Assembly: GCA_016188605.1 (NCBI GenBank)
Contig: JACPHP010000012.1
Coordinates: 149-64,148 of the forward strand
DNA from: Candidatus Spechtbacteria bacterium
Lineage (GTDB): Bacteria; Patescibacteriota; Minisyncoccia; Spechtbacterales; JACPHP01
Direction of reading: 5' to 3'
Length of the DNA stretch: 64,000 nt
Shown: positions 1 to 9,935 of the stretch, piece after piece
How the letters are laid out: every line of letters begins with the position of its first letter
Numbering within the stretch: position 1 is the first letter of the stretch
Program-made: the position numbers and the translations under genes
Notes under the pieces: generated by a model
Database searches by the model: none
Seen by the model: only the letters and a program-made list of their open reading frames with translations
Told to the model about the DNA's origin: nothing

Positions 1-590
1 AGCTCTACTGATGCTACCACGCTATCGGTAGTTGTGACTGTGGTTTTGCCTCCTTCGGTAGCCGTTGCTGTAACCTCACCTGTTGTGGTTGTCGGAACAG
101 CGGCGGGAGTCGGTGTTACTACGGGTGTTACGACAGGTGTTGTTGCTGCGGGCGCTGATCCTCCTCCCCCTCCTCCACCACCTCCGCCACCAGATGAACA
201 AACGGAGCCGACGGTTACGGTTGCGCTCACTGTAGCGCCTTGGTCAGGAATAACAAGGCGAAAATCGGTAGCTCCGCACGAACTAGTCGTGCCGGTTGTA
301 TTAGTCGCATTCAACGTTTTTCTGTCCGGGTTTACAAGAGTTACCACGTCATCATCATCAATCGTAATTACGATGTTAGCTGTGTTTATCACAACCGTAT
401 CAACGCTGATGTTGGTACCGGAACGAAGAATCTGTATGACATCATTAGTTGAAGAGAGTGTAATATTTTGCGATTGAGTGAAGATAACATTTTCAGCAGC
501 AAGCGCGGAACCAGCGCTTATCACAAGCAAAGCAAAGGCCACAAAGGCAGCTGAGCTTGGAGATATGTATTTTTTGAATTTTTTTACCAT
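1..590 (-). CDS. Secreted Thr/Gly-rich protein, 3' end runs off the window. The N-terminus at 590 carries a signal peptide (MVKKFKKYISPSSAAFVAFALLVISAGSALA) and an internal poly-Gly linker.
   Basis: The reverse-strand reading frame stays open from the ATG at 588-590 to position 1. It has a classic n-region/h-region/AxA signal peptide. The listed + strand ORF 34..477 is its antisense shadow. Confidence 0.5.
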   Translation of the reverse strand, partial: MVKKFKKYISPSSAAFVAFALLVISAGSALAAENVIFTQSQNITLSSTNDVIQILRSGTNISVDTVVINTANIVITIDDDDVVTLVNPDRKTLNATNTTGTTSSCGATDFRLVIPDQGATVSATVTVGSVCSSGGGGGGGGGGGSAPAATTPVVTPVVTPTPAAVPTTTTGEVTATATEGGKTTVTTTDSVVASVE

Positions 591-718
591 ATCAAGTTCT
601 TTCAAATTTTGTTTATTAGTCAAAACTCTTACAAAATATAGCATCCGACCTTTGTTATATTTTGTTATATTTTGAAATTGCAAGAATTATTTTGCCTAAC
701 TGACAATACGTTTTACAT

Positions 719-1330
719 CTATTTTATCTCTGACGATCCATTTATCATATGAAATGATTGAAATATTCCTTCAAGATCTTTTCTGTACAAAGGATAAGTC
801 TCAACCGTGGTGCCTCCAGAAAGATAGTAGAGAGAATGACCCACAAATAGTATGAGCTGGCGTTCTCTTACATACGCTTTAGACGCATGTTTGAAAGTGT
901 AGCTAATATCTATGCCCGGGTATCCATCCCTCTCTATTTGCTGAATACTTAACTCTTTGAAGTCCTGCAACGTTGAAAGCTGTTGTTCCAAGCTTTCTTT
1001 GAAAGCATTGTACTCAAACCTAAGTTTCTTCTGCGGGTCTTTTTCTTCTATAATCACACCGGCTGCGGAACTGCGCGTTGCCGGATGCTGTACGCCCACC
1101 ACAAACTTTTCATTTTTATATTCCAAGTCAACTTTTGGAACAAACTCCCATGCTTTGGGAAAACGGAAACTGAAACCACGTTCTGTATCCTCGTATAGTT
1201 GTGATTCTTTAAGGAACTGCTCCTCTTGAAGCTTGGGGAGAAACCATAGGGCTGTGAAAATCCCTACGGCTCCGATCAACCCAAGCCCCAAAAAGATAGA
1301 CTGTTGCAATTTGTCGCCAGAAAATTTCAC
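719..1330 (-). CDS. Hypothetical membrane-anchored protein (N-terminal TM helix, about 170-aa ectodomain).
   Basis: 203-aa ORF. It lies 12 nt downstream of the large surface protein gene on the same strand. Confidence 0.5.
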   Translation of the reverse strand: MKFSGDKLQQSIFLGLGLIGAVGIFTALWFLPKLQEEQFLKESQLYEDTERGFSFRFPKAWEFVPKVDLEYKNEKFVVGVQHPATRSSAAGVIIEEKDPQKKLRFEYNAFKESLEQQLSTLQDFKELSIQQIERDGYPGIDISYTFKHASKAYVRERQLILFVGHSLYYLSGGTTVETYPLYRKDLEGIFQSFHMINGSSEIK

Positions 1331-1342
1331 AAATTACTCTGC

Positions 1343-4000
1343 TTATTCGGTTGCCGTGTACACAAATTCTACAGAAGCAATGTCTACAATATCATTCATA
1401 GTGCCGTCCGAACCAATAGATAGGTAGAAGCTTACGCTGTCGTTAGCGGCCAAAGCGGCTATTGTAGGCGCGCAAGTATAAGAAGTTGAGGCCGCTTCAG
1501 AAGCTTCAATAGTACCCACTGCTTGCAACACGGCTCCGTTTACTGACACCGCGCAGTTAATCACTTCGGTAGCGCCCGTATCAGCGTCTTTTACAGCGCG
1601 TACGCGAAACTCGCCACCCGACGCATAATCCGGCCCGATAGTAAACTGGTTACATACTTCAATGCCTTGGTCTTCTGTACCGCCAGTGTCATCAAAGCGA
1701 AGGACAAATCCCAAACCGTCTGTCGCGGAGTTAACGAAGTCAGGCAATGTATCAGCTGTGGTATCAAAACCAATTTGGGTTCCAGCAGCAGTGTCGCACT
1801 CAATGAACGAGAAAAGCGGTATGCTGATACCTCTTGCCACATCAACAATTTCTCCCGCGCTTACAGAGCTTGCGGGAAGCACCAATTCGCCATCACCCGT
1901 GCCGTCTGTGGATAACGTAACAATGGTGCTGTTAGAAGAGCCAACTGTAACTCCAGCGTCCGCGTCAATATTGAAGCGTGTTTCAGCTACTAATCCCCCT
2001 TCCACTACTCCAATGGTGAAGTCACAGTCCTCGGTGCCGTCGCCTGTGTCCGTGCAGTTTGTGGTCATAAGAACATGCGCCATATCGTCCACTGAAGAAT
2101 CGGCATAGTCACGGAAGTCCATTGTGACATTGCCGGTTGCGCCGTTTCGAATGGTTACGTCGTTGTCAACAATCGCAGTGAGCGAAGTAACGTCGGCAGA
2201 ACCGATCACGATGGCGCTAGCTCCTCCTCCATCAAGCGTTAAGGTTCCGGTGCCGCCGGAGCTGACGGTTAAAGCGGCGTCCGCATCATCATCCGTCGCG
2301 GTAAGAATAATTGTTCCTGAATCTGCCCTATTAAAGGTTACTGTGCCGGTAGAAAGAATTGTATTTGCGCCAATGCTTAAGGCAGATACAATATCCGTGT
2401 CCGACACATCAACACCAATAGCAGTTTCAGTTCCAGCTCCATTGGTAACAGTTCCTGCGGTAATAAGAATACCGTAAGCAGTGACGGTATCACCCGTACC
2501 AGCAGTAATGGCTGGCATGGTGATATTTGCTCCCCTCCAGTCAATGACTGCGGCGCCCACGGCACCAGACGTAGTGGCAAGCGTGCCAGCCGCGGAAATG
2601 TTGTAACCGGTGTATGTAGTGGTGGCAGTTGTATCGGTTGCTGTAAGAATAGGAGTCTGAATATTCACGCCCGTAACATCCTGATCGGTTGCGGCAGTAA
2701 CATTTGTATTGAGATTTAAATCAAGCCCTGTTAAATCGCCAGTTTGAGTTTCTGCCGTGTAGTCAACGTCAATCAGGGTTCCTGATACGTTGTGCACGTT
2801 CAAATCAAGTACGGCTGCAGTTCCATCGTCAATGCTAGTTACGGTGAAAGGCGCGGTGGCAACCGTCTGCTGTGTCAATGTAACGGCGCCGGTGGTGGCC
2901 GCTACATCAAAATAAGTCCCGTTGAGAGCGTTATCCCCAAATGCCAAAGCATCTCCTATTTGCGCGTCAGAAACATCTATTGCCGTTGTAATAGCTCCTG
3001 CCGCTGTATTGACAAAAATTCCGGTTGTAACCGCAGTATCTGTGTCAGTGTTATTTAGATACAACAAAGCATCTGCCGCGGCTACGCCATCAACATTATC
3101 AATATAAAGACCATAAACAGTATCTGCTGAAGACGTTGAGTTGTCGTCAATTGAAATCAGTTGGCCATAAATCGTGTCAGCGCCTGTTGCGTTATCGGAG
3201 TTTATAAGCGTCAAGCGAAGCCCCGCGGAGCTCGCGCTATCTACGAGAGTGTGAGAAATAACTAATCCATCGATACCGTCGCTAGCCGCTGGGACATCGG
3301 AAGTAATAGTAAGCGCATCCGCCGTTGTCGCCGCAGCGCCCAAACTTGCGCCATCAGCGGCGTCAAGCGTCCAGTCAAAGTCGCCTCCATTACCTGTAAA
3401 ATCACCATTACTAACAAGAATGTCGCCCGCGGTAAGCACCAGCGCGTCGGTGCCATCAGCCGAGCCGGCAATTGTTGTTAAGCCGTCCTCGCCGACAGAA
3501 AACACAGTTGCGTCGGCAGTTTCATCCCATGCCTTCAAATAATGACCGCCGGCCAATGTAGCTTCGGTAGCTGATAGGTGAAGAAGGGTTCCCGTAGTAA
3601 GTCCGTCGCCTATAAAGGCAACAACACCATTGTCGGCTGCTGCGCCAAAGGTGGTTGCTGTGGCGTTAGTTACAGTTAACGTCGCGGCCTCGTCAGCATC
3701 GGTCAGAGCCAATGAACCATCTGAAACAACGAGGTCTCCGGCCGTCACTGTAAAGACGGTGGTAGCCGCCGTGCCGGGAAGAGTAACAGCGCCGGCCAAG
3801 TTGGAGATGCCATCCACTTCAAACGTTCCGGTTACATATAAGTCGTCGCCGTTAAGCGGTAAACCCGGTGTGCCTCCACCAACTTGGATATTCTGGTTGA
3901 AGGTGATCGCGGCTTGCGCCAATCCCCCGACAAGAAATACTGTTACCAAGACGCTTGCCGCAGCACTCCATATTTGTCTTTTTTTAAGTATATCTATCAT
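1343..4000 (-). CDS. Large secreted Thr/Ala/Gly-rich cell-surface protein (885 aa).
   Basis: It has an N-terminal signal peptide (MIDILKKRQIWSAAASVLVTVFLVGGLAQA) and a low-complexity beta-rich TAG composition. Confidence 0.7.
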   Translation of the reverse strand: MIDILKKRQIWSAAASVLVTVFLVGGLAQAAITFNQNIQVGGGTPGLPLNGDDLYVTGTFEVDGISNLAGAVTLPGTAATTVFTVTAGDLVVSDGSLALTDADEAATLTVTNATATTFGAAADNGVVAFIGDGLTTGTLLHLSATEATLAGGHYLKAWDETADATVFSVGEDGLTTIAGSADGTDALVLTAGDILVSNGDFTGNGGDFDWTLDAADGASLGAAATTADALTITSDVPAASDGIDGLVISHTLVDSASSAGLRLTLINSDNATGADTIYGQLISIDDNSTSSADTVYGLYIDNVDGVAAADALLYLNNTDTDTAVTTGIFVNTAAGAITTAIDVSDAQIGDALAFGDNALNGTYFDVAATTGAVTLTQQTVATAPFTVTSIDDGTAAVLDLNVHNVSGTLIDVDYTAETQTGDLTGLDLNLNTNVTAATDQDVTGVNIQTPILTATDTTATTTYTGYNISAAGTLATTSGAVGAAVIDWRGANITMPAITAGTGDTVTAYGILITAGTVTNGAGTETAIGVDVSDTDIVSALSIGANTILSTGTVTFNRADSGTIILTATDDDADAALTVSSGGTGTLTLDGGGASAIVIGSADVTSLTAIVDNDVTIRNGATGNVTMDFRDYADSSVDDMAHVLMTTNCTDTGDGTEDCDFTIGVVEGGLVAETRFNIDADAGVTVGSSNSTIVTLSTDGTGDGELVLPASSVSAGEIVDVARGISIPLFSFIECDTAAGTQIGFDTTADTLPDFVNSATDGLGFVLRFDDTGGTEDQGIEVCNQFTIGPDYASGGEFRVRAVKDADTGATEVINCAVSVNGAVLQAVGTIEASEAASTSYTCAPTIAALAANDSVSFYLSIGSDGTMNDIVDIASVEFVYTATE

Positions 4001-4445
4001 AGTTAAATAATAAATTTGAACCTCCTATTATTTTAAAAAAAATAAGAAAAGAAGTTCATTAAAAATTATATTTAGGACTTACGCGTTTGTACTTAATTAT
4101 CTGACGACTCAAATGCGCAATGTCCTAATATTGTCGACTCATTATTATAGACATCATAGTATGATATCTATATTTTTTTAAAAACATTCGTCGTTTATTT
4201 TATTTTTCATTGTCCTCTCTTTTTAGCGTCGACCTCATTGAAAGGAAACGAGAACATATTTCAGGAAACACATGCCCGCGCGATGCACTATGCGCAAGTA
4301 TATATTCCCTTGAACCAACTTATTCTGGCTTATTATGATAACGCACAAAAAATGCGCATATACCAAAGGTTAGTTGGAAAGATGAATGTTCTTTTTTATT
4401 GTATCAAATAATTATTCAATAGCAAACAATGCAAGCTGTGGATAA

Positions 4446-5000
4446 CTGAAACACGGATATACACGGATGCGAACACGGATGCACGCGGATACAGATAGAC
4501 ACAGATTCACGCGGGCAAAAACGGTTTGCGGTCGTTGGTGTAGATAATTCTTTTAATATAGAGCTTGGGCGTAGAAAAATTCACAAGAAATCCCACTTCG
4601 TACTTACTATTTCTCAAATAGTAATAAAGCTGTTTTTCGTCTATTTTAGTTGTAATATTGGAAGATTTTAACTCTACAATAATCTTATCGCTGACAAGAA
4701 AATCCGGCCTGTATGCGCCAGCTATTTCCCCTCCAGGCGTACGCACATTTATCGCTTTTTCTTTTTCAAAAGACAGATTATTGCTTTGCAAAAGCTCTGC
4801 TAAAACTTTAGAATAAATGCTTTCTTTCTGTCCGGGACCATATCCATTACGAATCGCGAAAAATAAACCGCGCAATTTATAAGAAAGCTCTTGGTGTAAT
4901 AAGTTATTCATCATATAAAAATTAGCACGAACAAACTATCCGTGTCTATCCGTATCCGTGTATATCTGTGTTCACATCTGTGTTGTTCTGTGTCTAACCG
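4446..5000. mobile_element. Putative cassette: a GxxExxY nuclease gene flanked by inverted arrays of heptad repeats (ACACGGAT units on the left, ATCCGTGT units on the right).
   Basis: The left arm 4446-4515 and right arm 4931-5000 are imperfect inverted repeats. Both are built from (a)cacggat / atccgtg(t) and acagat / atctgt units. Confidence 0.35.
4507..4914 (-). CDS. GxxExxY-family protein (predicted PD-(D/E)XK nuclease fold).
   Basis: It contains the GQKESIY (GxxExxY) motif and D...ELK motifs. Size is 135 aa. Confidence 0.75.
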   Translation of the reverse strand: MMNNLLHQELSYKLRGLFFAIRNGYGPGQKESIYSKVLAELLQSNNLSFEKEKAINVRTPGGEIAGAYRPDFLVSDKIIVELKSSNITTKIDEKQLYYYLRNSKYEVGFLVNFSTPKLYIKRIIYTNDRKPFLPA

Positions 5001-5014
5001 TGTTTGACTCGCAA

Positions 5015-5048
5015 ACCAAAAACCGCCCCGAAGGGCGGTTTTTGGTTT
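5015..5048. terminator. Bidirectional rho-independent terminator (AAAAACCGCCC-CGAA-GGGCGGTTTTTGG).
   Basis: GC stem with A/T runs on both sides. It sits 50 nt past the stop of the 1424-aa gene. Confidence 0.7.
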
Positions 5049-5097
5049 CTTACTTGGCTGCCTCGCACAAGGACAAGGCCCAAGATTATATCAGAGA

Positions 5098-8000
5098 CTA
5101 GGAAGGATTGATGAACGCGCCACCGGTGATTGGCAAGCCCTTGATAAGGCCTACGAGAACATCGGTTGACACATCATCGTCCCAAGAGACATCTGCCGTA
5201 CCGTTAGCAATTGACAACTGGAAGCTGTCGCCATCGGTTTCGTAGTCAGCTAGGTTTGTCTCAACACGGAATTCCATAGTGGTTCCGGCTGGGATCGTAA
5301 CGCTCATATTGGTAACATCTGGTGTTTCACCGGCATCCAACACATTGTCTGCCGCTGTAACCGTACCAACCGAAGCGCCTGTATCCTGCCTATAAACCGT
5401 GATTCCTTGGTTTGTAGCATCATCATCTCCCTGGAAACCAGTCACGGTAAAGCGAAGGTTGTGGTTAGTTCCATCAAAGATGACATCACCTCCCGCGTCA
5501 GCGGTGATGGTGAAGCGCAAGGTCGTCATGGTTACCGGGCTAAGGGTGCCAGAAGGCGAAGCGCCGCCAGAGCAGGTTGCCGTACAGAGAGCAAATGTAG
5601 GTACTGTGCGGAATAAATACTGCGCGTTACCAATCGCCATGCTGTATACCTGGGTAGTAGCATTATCCGCGTGAACCGCGGCTGTGGTGCCGTTTACACC
5701 ACGGACAACTGTGTAGGTGTCTTCGGTTGCGCCATCGGCAATTGCGGTAATCAACTGCTCTTCGGTTCCAATGGTTATAATGGAGCCCACAAGATCGTCG
5801 TCGCCGCTGTCAGCGCCCGAACCGTTGTCCAAAACAAGCGATGTTACAGTGGCATCGGCTGCCTGTCCGGCACCGTCAACCACCAAGGCTGCAACACTCG
5901 CCGCGGTATTTTCGGTCAAGGTAAGGTCGGCTAGTGAACCGGATGAAACACCGTAAGCAACTACGGAGCCCACAAAAAGCTCTGGGGAATCGCCGGATGT
6001 TGCTCCGTTTGATGTGCCCAAAACGTCTGCCTTAATAGTCCATACCTTATTCGCATCCTTTGCGATATCAGTATTGCCTTCGGCAAAAGTAAAGGTAACT
6101 ACACCAGAACTAAAGTATCCATCGGCGCTTACTTTGGTGTCACCATCATAAAGCGCTACGCGAGAAAAGTTGTTATCAGACGCGCCAATTGCCTCGCCGC
6201 TATCTTCCTGGCGAACAACAATTGTGCGAATGTCAATGTCCTCGCTGTTTGCCGTCATCTTAAACTTCGTAAACGCGATGTTTGTCTTGCCCGATGTGCC
6301 AACCGCGGTCATTGCCGCAACTGGAGTTGAAGCATCGCGCACAAAGGTAAGGCTTCCGGCGTTTGCAAGGGTCATAACCTGGCCAGCAATGAGCGCGTTA
6401 TTTGAGCTTGCGCCATATACGGTGGAATTAGATGAAAGGCCGGTAGCCACAATATCTGAACCGCCTGTGGCATTCGCGTCATCCACACCAACTACTGCCA
6501 CTACACTGCCTCCCACGATGACATCGGCCTTCAAATCAAGTACTTTTTGCGAACCCTTGGCAACATCAACTGATATGCCGGTGAAAGCAGCTCGGTCATC
6601 ACCGGATACTTCCGTAAATGAAGCAAGTGACTTTACAACGGTTGTGCCATCATAAAGCTTTACATTGCTGAAGTACGTTTCCGACGCAACGTCTGCATCA
6701 AACGTACCGTCGTTGTCCACGGTAAACGTAATCGCGCTTACCTTCAAATCTTCAGCAGAACCTGCCGTAAGCACCAAGCGGCCAAGCCATGCTTGCGATG
6801 TGCTGTTTACATAGGTGGTTGCTGGAGGGTTAGTGGACATAGAAACAGTCAACGCGCCAACTAATGCCGTCATATTGCTGCCGTTAAGATCAGATGTCGT
6901 AGCAGTGACGCTAGCAGTTGAAGACACACCTGTCGCAACTACATCGGTGGCATTTGTTGTCCACAAAAGTCGCACGCGAGTTGCGCCAGCCCATGCCGTA
7001 TTTGCGTTTGTAGGCACATCCGAAGTTACGGTAAAGGTTTTAGTTGCGTCTTTTGCTATCGTCACATTAACACTGAACGTAGCGCTGGATGTGGGCGAAG
7101 CTACCGTAGAGCCAATCTGTGTCGCGCCGTCCCAGAGCTTTACATTGGTAAAGTCTCCGGATGCGGCGGCAGCGGCATTATCCTGCAAATTAAAGATCAG
7201 GGTGGAAATGGTGATTGCTTCACCATTTGCGGTAAAGTTGAACTTGCCGTACTCGTGGCCGGCTGTGCCGGGAACCACGTTCTTTGCGCCGGGATTAGTC
7301 GGAGCAAGGGCAATGGTTAACGTACCCACCGCGCTATTTGCATTGTGGGTGCGCACTTCGCCAAGGCCGTCAACGCCGGTTACCACCATTGCGTCCATAT
7401 TGGCTGCTGACTGCACGCCATCAAGACGCACTTCATTAAGCGCGATTTCTATTGTGGTATAGCTTGCTGAAGTGGAAACATCTCCGCGAACATGAAGTAC
7501 AACGTTTTTGCTTTTTGGAATGTCAAACACGCCGGTGTCAAGCCCCGGGGCGTCTGCTCCATAGGTTGCAACCGTGCCCACGAAATTCGTGGCTGTGCCA
7601 ACCTGTGTTTCAGTACCCGTCAACTCGTCATACTTATAAAGCGTTATATTGGAAACGTCTGTCGCGCCAGCGCCAGTACCAAGAAGATTCAAACGGATTC
7701 GGGCAACCCTCACATCCTGCGCCACTCCATTGGAGAAGCGAAATGCCGAGAACAGCTGCTGGGTTGTTCCGTTCACAAAGGCCTGCGCGGAAGGGTTGGT
7801 AGCGCCGTTTACCGCCACAGTCGGGATTGTGCCCTGGCCAACGGTCTGGGCAACGCCGCTCTGCGTGGTGTATGTAACACTATCGCCGCCCGTGTCAGTG
7901 GTAATAGTGATAGAACCGCCGGAGTTCGCGCCAAAAGCGACAACGTCCGCGGCTTCAGTAATCTCAAAGTCAATGGTTCTTGTGGTTGTGCCGGTAACAA

Positions 8001-9372
8001 TGCCCGCGGAAATGTCGGCGTATAGATAAATGATCTTTGATACCCCTGCGTTTATGCTATAAGGGGTCGCTGAAAGATCAAATACCGCGCTTCCATTTGC
8101 CATAAGTGATGGAACGGTTGAGCCAAGCTGAACACCATCTGCTTTAAGCATAACGTTTTTAACATCCGTTGAAGATGCGGAACCGGTTTGCGTTACCTTA
8201 ATACTGCGAACGCTCATGCCTTCTGTTTCCGCGTCAAAGGTCCACGAAGCAATTTCTACTGCAGTAGCACCCGCAACAGGAGAACTATCAGCTGGAACTG
8301 TTCGCAAAGTAACATCAAGAGTTCCTACGCCAATACCCGCGATGGTCATAGAATTGCCATATACAGGGAATGTGCCGGAAACCGTTGTGGTTGCTGTAAC
8401 GTCAGTGGCCGCGGCAATGCCCAAACGAGGCGTATTGCCCGTAGTGGCAGTGTTTGTGCCAAGAACGTCAAGCGTTCCAGTGATTGTAAGAATCTTTGTC
8501 GTGCCTGCTGGAACTACCCAGTTAAGGCCGGTAAAGGTTGCTTTGTGTGTGGTGGTGTTAAGCGCTTGCGTGCCACCAAGTTGGGTTGAGCCGTCCCACA
8601 GCTTCAATGCCGTGAAATCATTATCTTCGGCAAGCCCTGCTCGAGAAACTACGAGCGAGCTTATTGTGGTGTTAGCACCACCAACAAACTTTACTTTTGC
8701 AAACACAAAGTCTGACGCCCCACCTGCTACTTGCTGGGCCGCTGGAGTGCTGGAATCAAGAGCTATGGAAACGCCCGTGCCTGCTGGGGTAGTTGGGGTA
8801 GTGGTTGTGGTTGTTCCACCAAGCACATTCGTTGCCCATGTGGACAAACTGTCCGTCGCGGTCAACGCTGTTTGGGTAGGATAAAAGGTTGGGGATGCCT
8901 CTGTGGAATTAATCTTGTAGAGTGAATCCCAATCCAAACCAGCTGATTCAAATTCTGCTGCTGTAACATTGAGGTGACGTCGTTCGCCAGTGTCACTGCC
9001 TGCGGCAGAGGTTACCGCGTAAACCTTCGGGTCCTTTACGGAACCGTCGGCATTTATCTCTAGAACCAAATTGGAATTGGTGTATCCGTCCACTGTTGCC
9101 TGGGTAACGTCCTGAACATTGCTCCACTTCAAGTGTCCGTATGAGTTAAAGATTTCGGGGTTGAGAATCAACCTCTTAAACATCTTTGCTCCTACGAGCT
9201 TGACAATGTAGATGTCATTCGTTCCCGTCGCGCGAATAAGATCGCCATCGGCGATTGTTGCCGCGCTTGCGACAGGGGCAAGATACATTACTCCGGACAT
9301 GGAGATCGCAGTCACTGCCGATGTGAAAAACGACAATGTTGTGCGTAATCGTATCTTAGTTGTTTTACTCAT
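5098..9372 (-). CDS. Giant secreted surface protein (1424 aa) with tandem Ig-like repeats. The recurring motif is F(S/T)xVKL(W/Y)DG(S/T)TQ(I/L)G.
   Basis: It has a signal peptide and a Thr/Gly/Ala-rich sequence with repeated about 100-aa modules. Its N-terminal roughly 120 aa share a module with the C-terminus of the 12577..14322 protease. Confidence 0.75.
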   Translation of the reverse strand: MSKTTKIRLRTTLSFFTSAVTAISMSGVMYLAPVASAATIADGDLIRATGTNDIYIVKLVGAKMFKRLILNPEIFNSYGHLKWSNVQDVTQATVDGYTNSNLVLEINADGSVKDPKVYAVTSAAGSDTGERRHLNVTAAEFESAGLDWDSLYKINSTEASPTFYPTQTALTATDSLSTWATNVLGGTTTTTTPTTPAGTGVSIALDSSTPAAQQVAGGASDFVFAKVKFVGGANTTISSLVVSRAGLAEDNDFTALKLWDGSTQLGGTQALNTTTHKATFTGLNWVVPAGTTKILTITGTLDVLGTNTATTGNTPRLGIAAATDVTATTTVSGTFPVYGNSMTIAGIGVGTLDVTLRTVPADSSPVAGATAVEIASWTFDAETEGMSVRSIKVTQTGSASSTDVKNVMLKADGVQLGSTVPSLMANGSAVFDLSATPYSINAGVSKIIYLYADISAGIVTGTTTRTIDFEITEAADVVAFGANSGGSITITTDTGGDSVTYTTQSGVAQTVGQGTIPTVAVNGATNPSAQAFVNGTTQQLFSAFRFSNGVAQDVRVARIRLNLLGTGAGATDVSNITLYKYDELTGTETQVGTATNFVGTVATYGADAPGLDTGVFDIPKSKNVVLHVRGDVSTSASYTTIEIALNEVRLDGVQSAANMDAMVVTGVDGLGEVRTHNANSAVGTLTIALAPTNPGAKNVVPGTAGHEYGKFNFTANGEAITISTLIFNLQDNAAAAASGDFTNVKLWDGATQIGSTVASPTSSATFSVNVTIAKDATKTFTVTSDVPTNANTAWAGATRVRLLWTTNATDVVATGVSSTASVTATTSDLNGSNMTALVGALTVSMSTNPPATTYVNSTSQAWLGRLVLTAGSAEDLKVSAITFTVDNDGTFDADVASETYFSNVKLYDGTTVVKSLASFTEVSGDDRAAFTGISVDVAKGSQKVLDLKADVIVGGSVVAVVGVDDANATGGSDIVATGLSSNSTVYGASSNNALIAGQVMTLANAGSLTFVRDASTPVAAMTAVGTSGKTNIAFTKFKMTANSEDIDIRTIVVRQEDSGEAIGASDNNFSRVALYDGDTKVSADGYFSSGVVTFTFAEGNTDIAKDANKVWTIKADVLGTSNGATSGDSPELFVGSVVAYGVSSGSLADLTLTENTAASVAALVVDGAGQAADATVTSLVLDNGSGADSGDDDLVGSIITIGTEEQLITAIADGATEDTYTVVRGVNGTTAAVHADNATTQVYSMAIGNAQYLFRTVPTFALCTATCSGGASPSGTLSPVTMTTLRFTITADAGGDVIFDGTNHNLRFTVTGFQGDDDATNQGITVYRQDTGASVGTVTAADNVLDAGETPDVTNMSVTIPAGTTMEFRVETNLADYETDGDSFQLSIANGTADVSWDDDVSTDVLVGLIKGLPITGGAFINPS

Positions 9373-9545
9373 TTGTATATTTCCCTCTGAATTTTTCTTG
9401 CGAAAAAAGAAAAGGGTTAGGCCCTTTACGATATTCGTTAAAATATCGCGAGGGAGTGACCCGTCCGAAGTTCCGAATAATCGGAACGTGGGGGGGTGAA
9501 ATCAAATGCTCATATGTGCACCAGATGAACATTTGATGCTGGCCA

Positions 9546-9593
9546 CCGGGCGTTTATACGCCACGCAGCTGTGCGTGGCGTATAAACGCCCGG
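9546..9593. repeat. Long near-perfect palindrome (21-bp arms, CCGGGCGTTTATACGCCACGC...).
   Basis: Seen directly. It lies in the 560-bp leader upstream of the giant surface-protein gene. Confidence 0.6.
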
Positions 9594-9690
9594 CGACCGT
9601 TTGATCCTCTAGTCAGTATTATTTATTTCTCTGGCTTGAGGCATTGAATCGCAGTCGACCATCTTTAGTTAAAGTACGCTTCGGTTTTGG

Positions 9691-9756
9691 GTCTCCCCAG
9701 CTAGATCCTGAACTGCGCCGTAATTACGGGTTTGTTCAGGACTAAGCTGGGGAGAC
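9691..9756. repeat. Long imperfect hairpin (about 23-bp arms) enclosing the perfect 12-nt palindrome CCGTAATTACGG.
   Basis: Seen directly. Confidence 0.55.
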
Positions 9757-9935
9757 AGCTCTTAATAAAGAAAAACCTATCCTCCTTGGTGCCAAGGCGG
9801 ATAATCCGTTCAATCGCTACCTTGCACTAAATAGGTGCGAAGCCCCAAAGGGGCAAGGCAGTGATTGAACGCTTATCCAATTATATCAAAGAACTGCGTA
9901 TGTCTAAATGTGGATAAGTTTCTTTGCTTATCGCG

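Noticed and set aside
34-477. A plus-strand 147-aa ORF with poly-Pro and poly-Val/Thr runs.
   Set aside because: It is the antisense shadow of a minus-strand gene. That gene starts at 590 with a textbook signal peptide and reads open to the window edge. The poly-Pro is the reverse-complement reading of a poly-Gly linker.
5399-8925. Many plus-strand ORFs of 60-220 aa lie inside the 1424-aa gene; similar ones lie inside the 1343..4000 and 15801..20885 genes.
   Set aside because: They are antisense frames opened by the GC/Thr-Ala-Gly codon bias of the long minus-strand genes. They have no start context or coherent domains.
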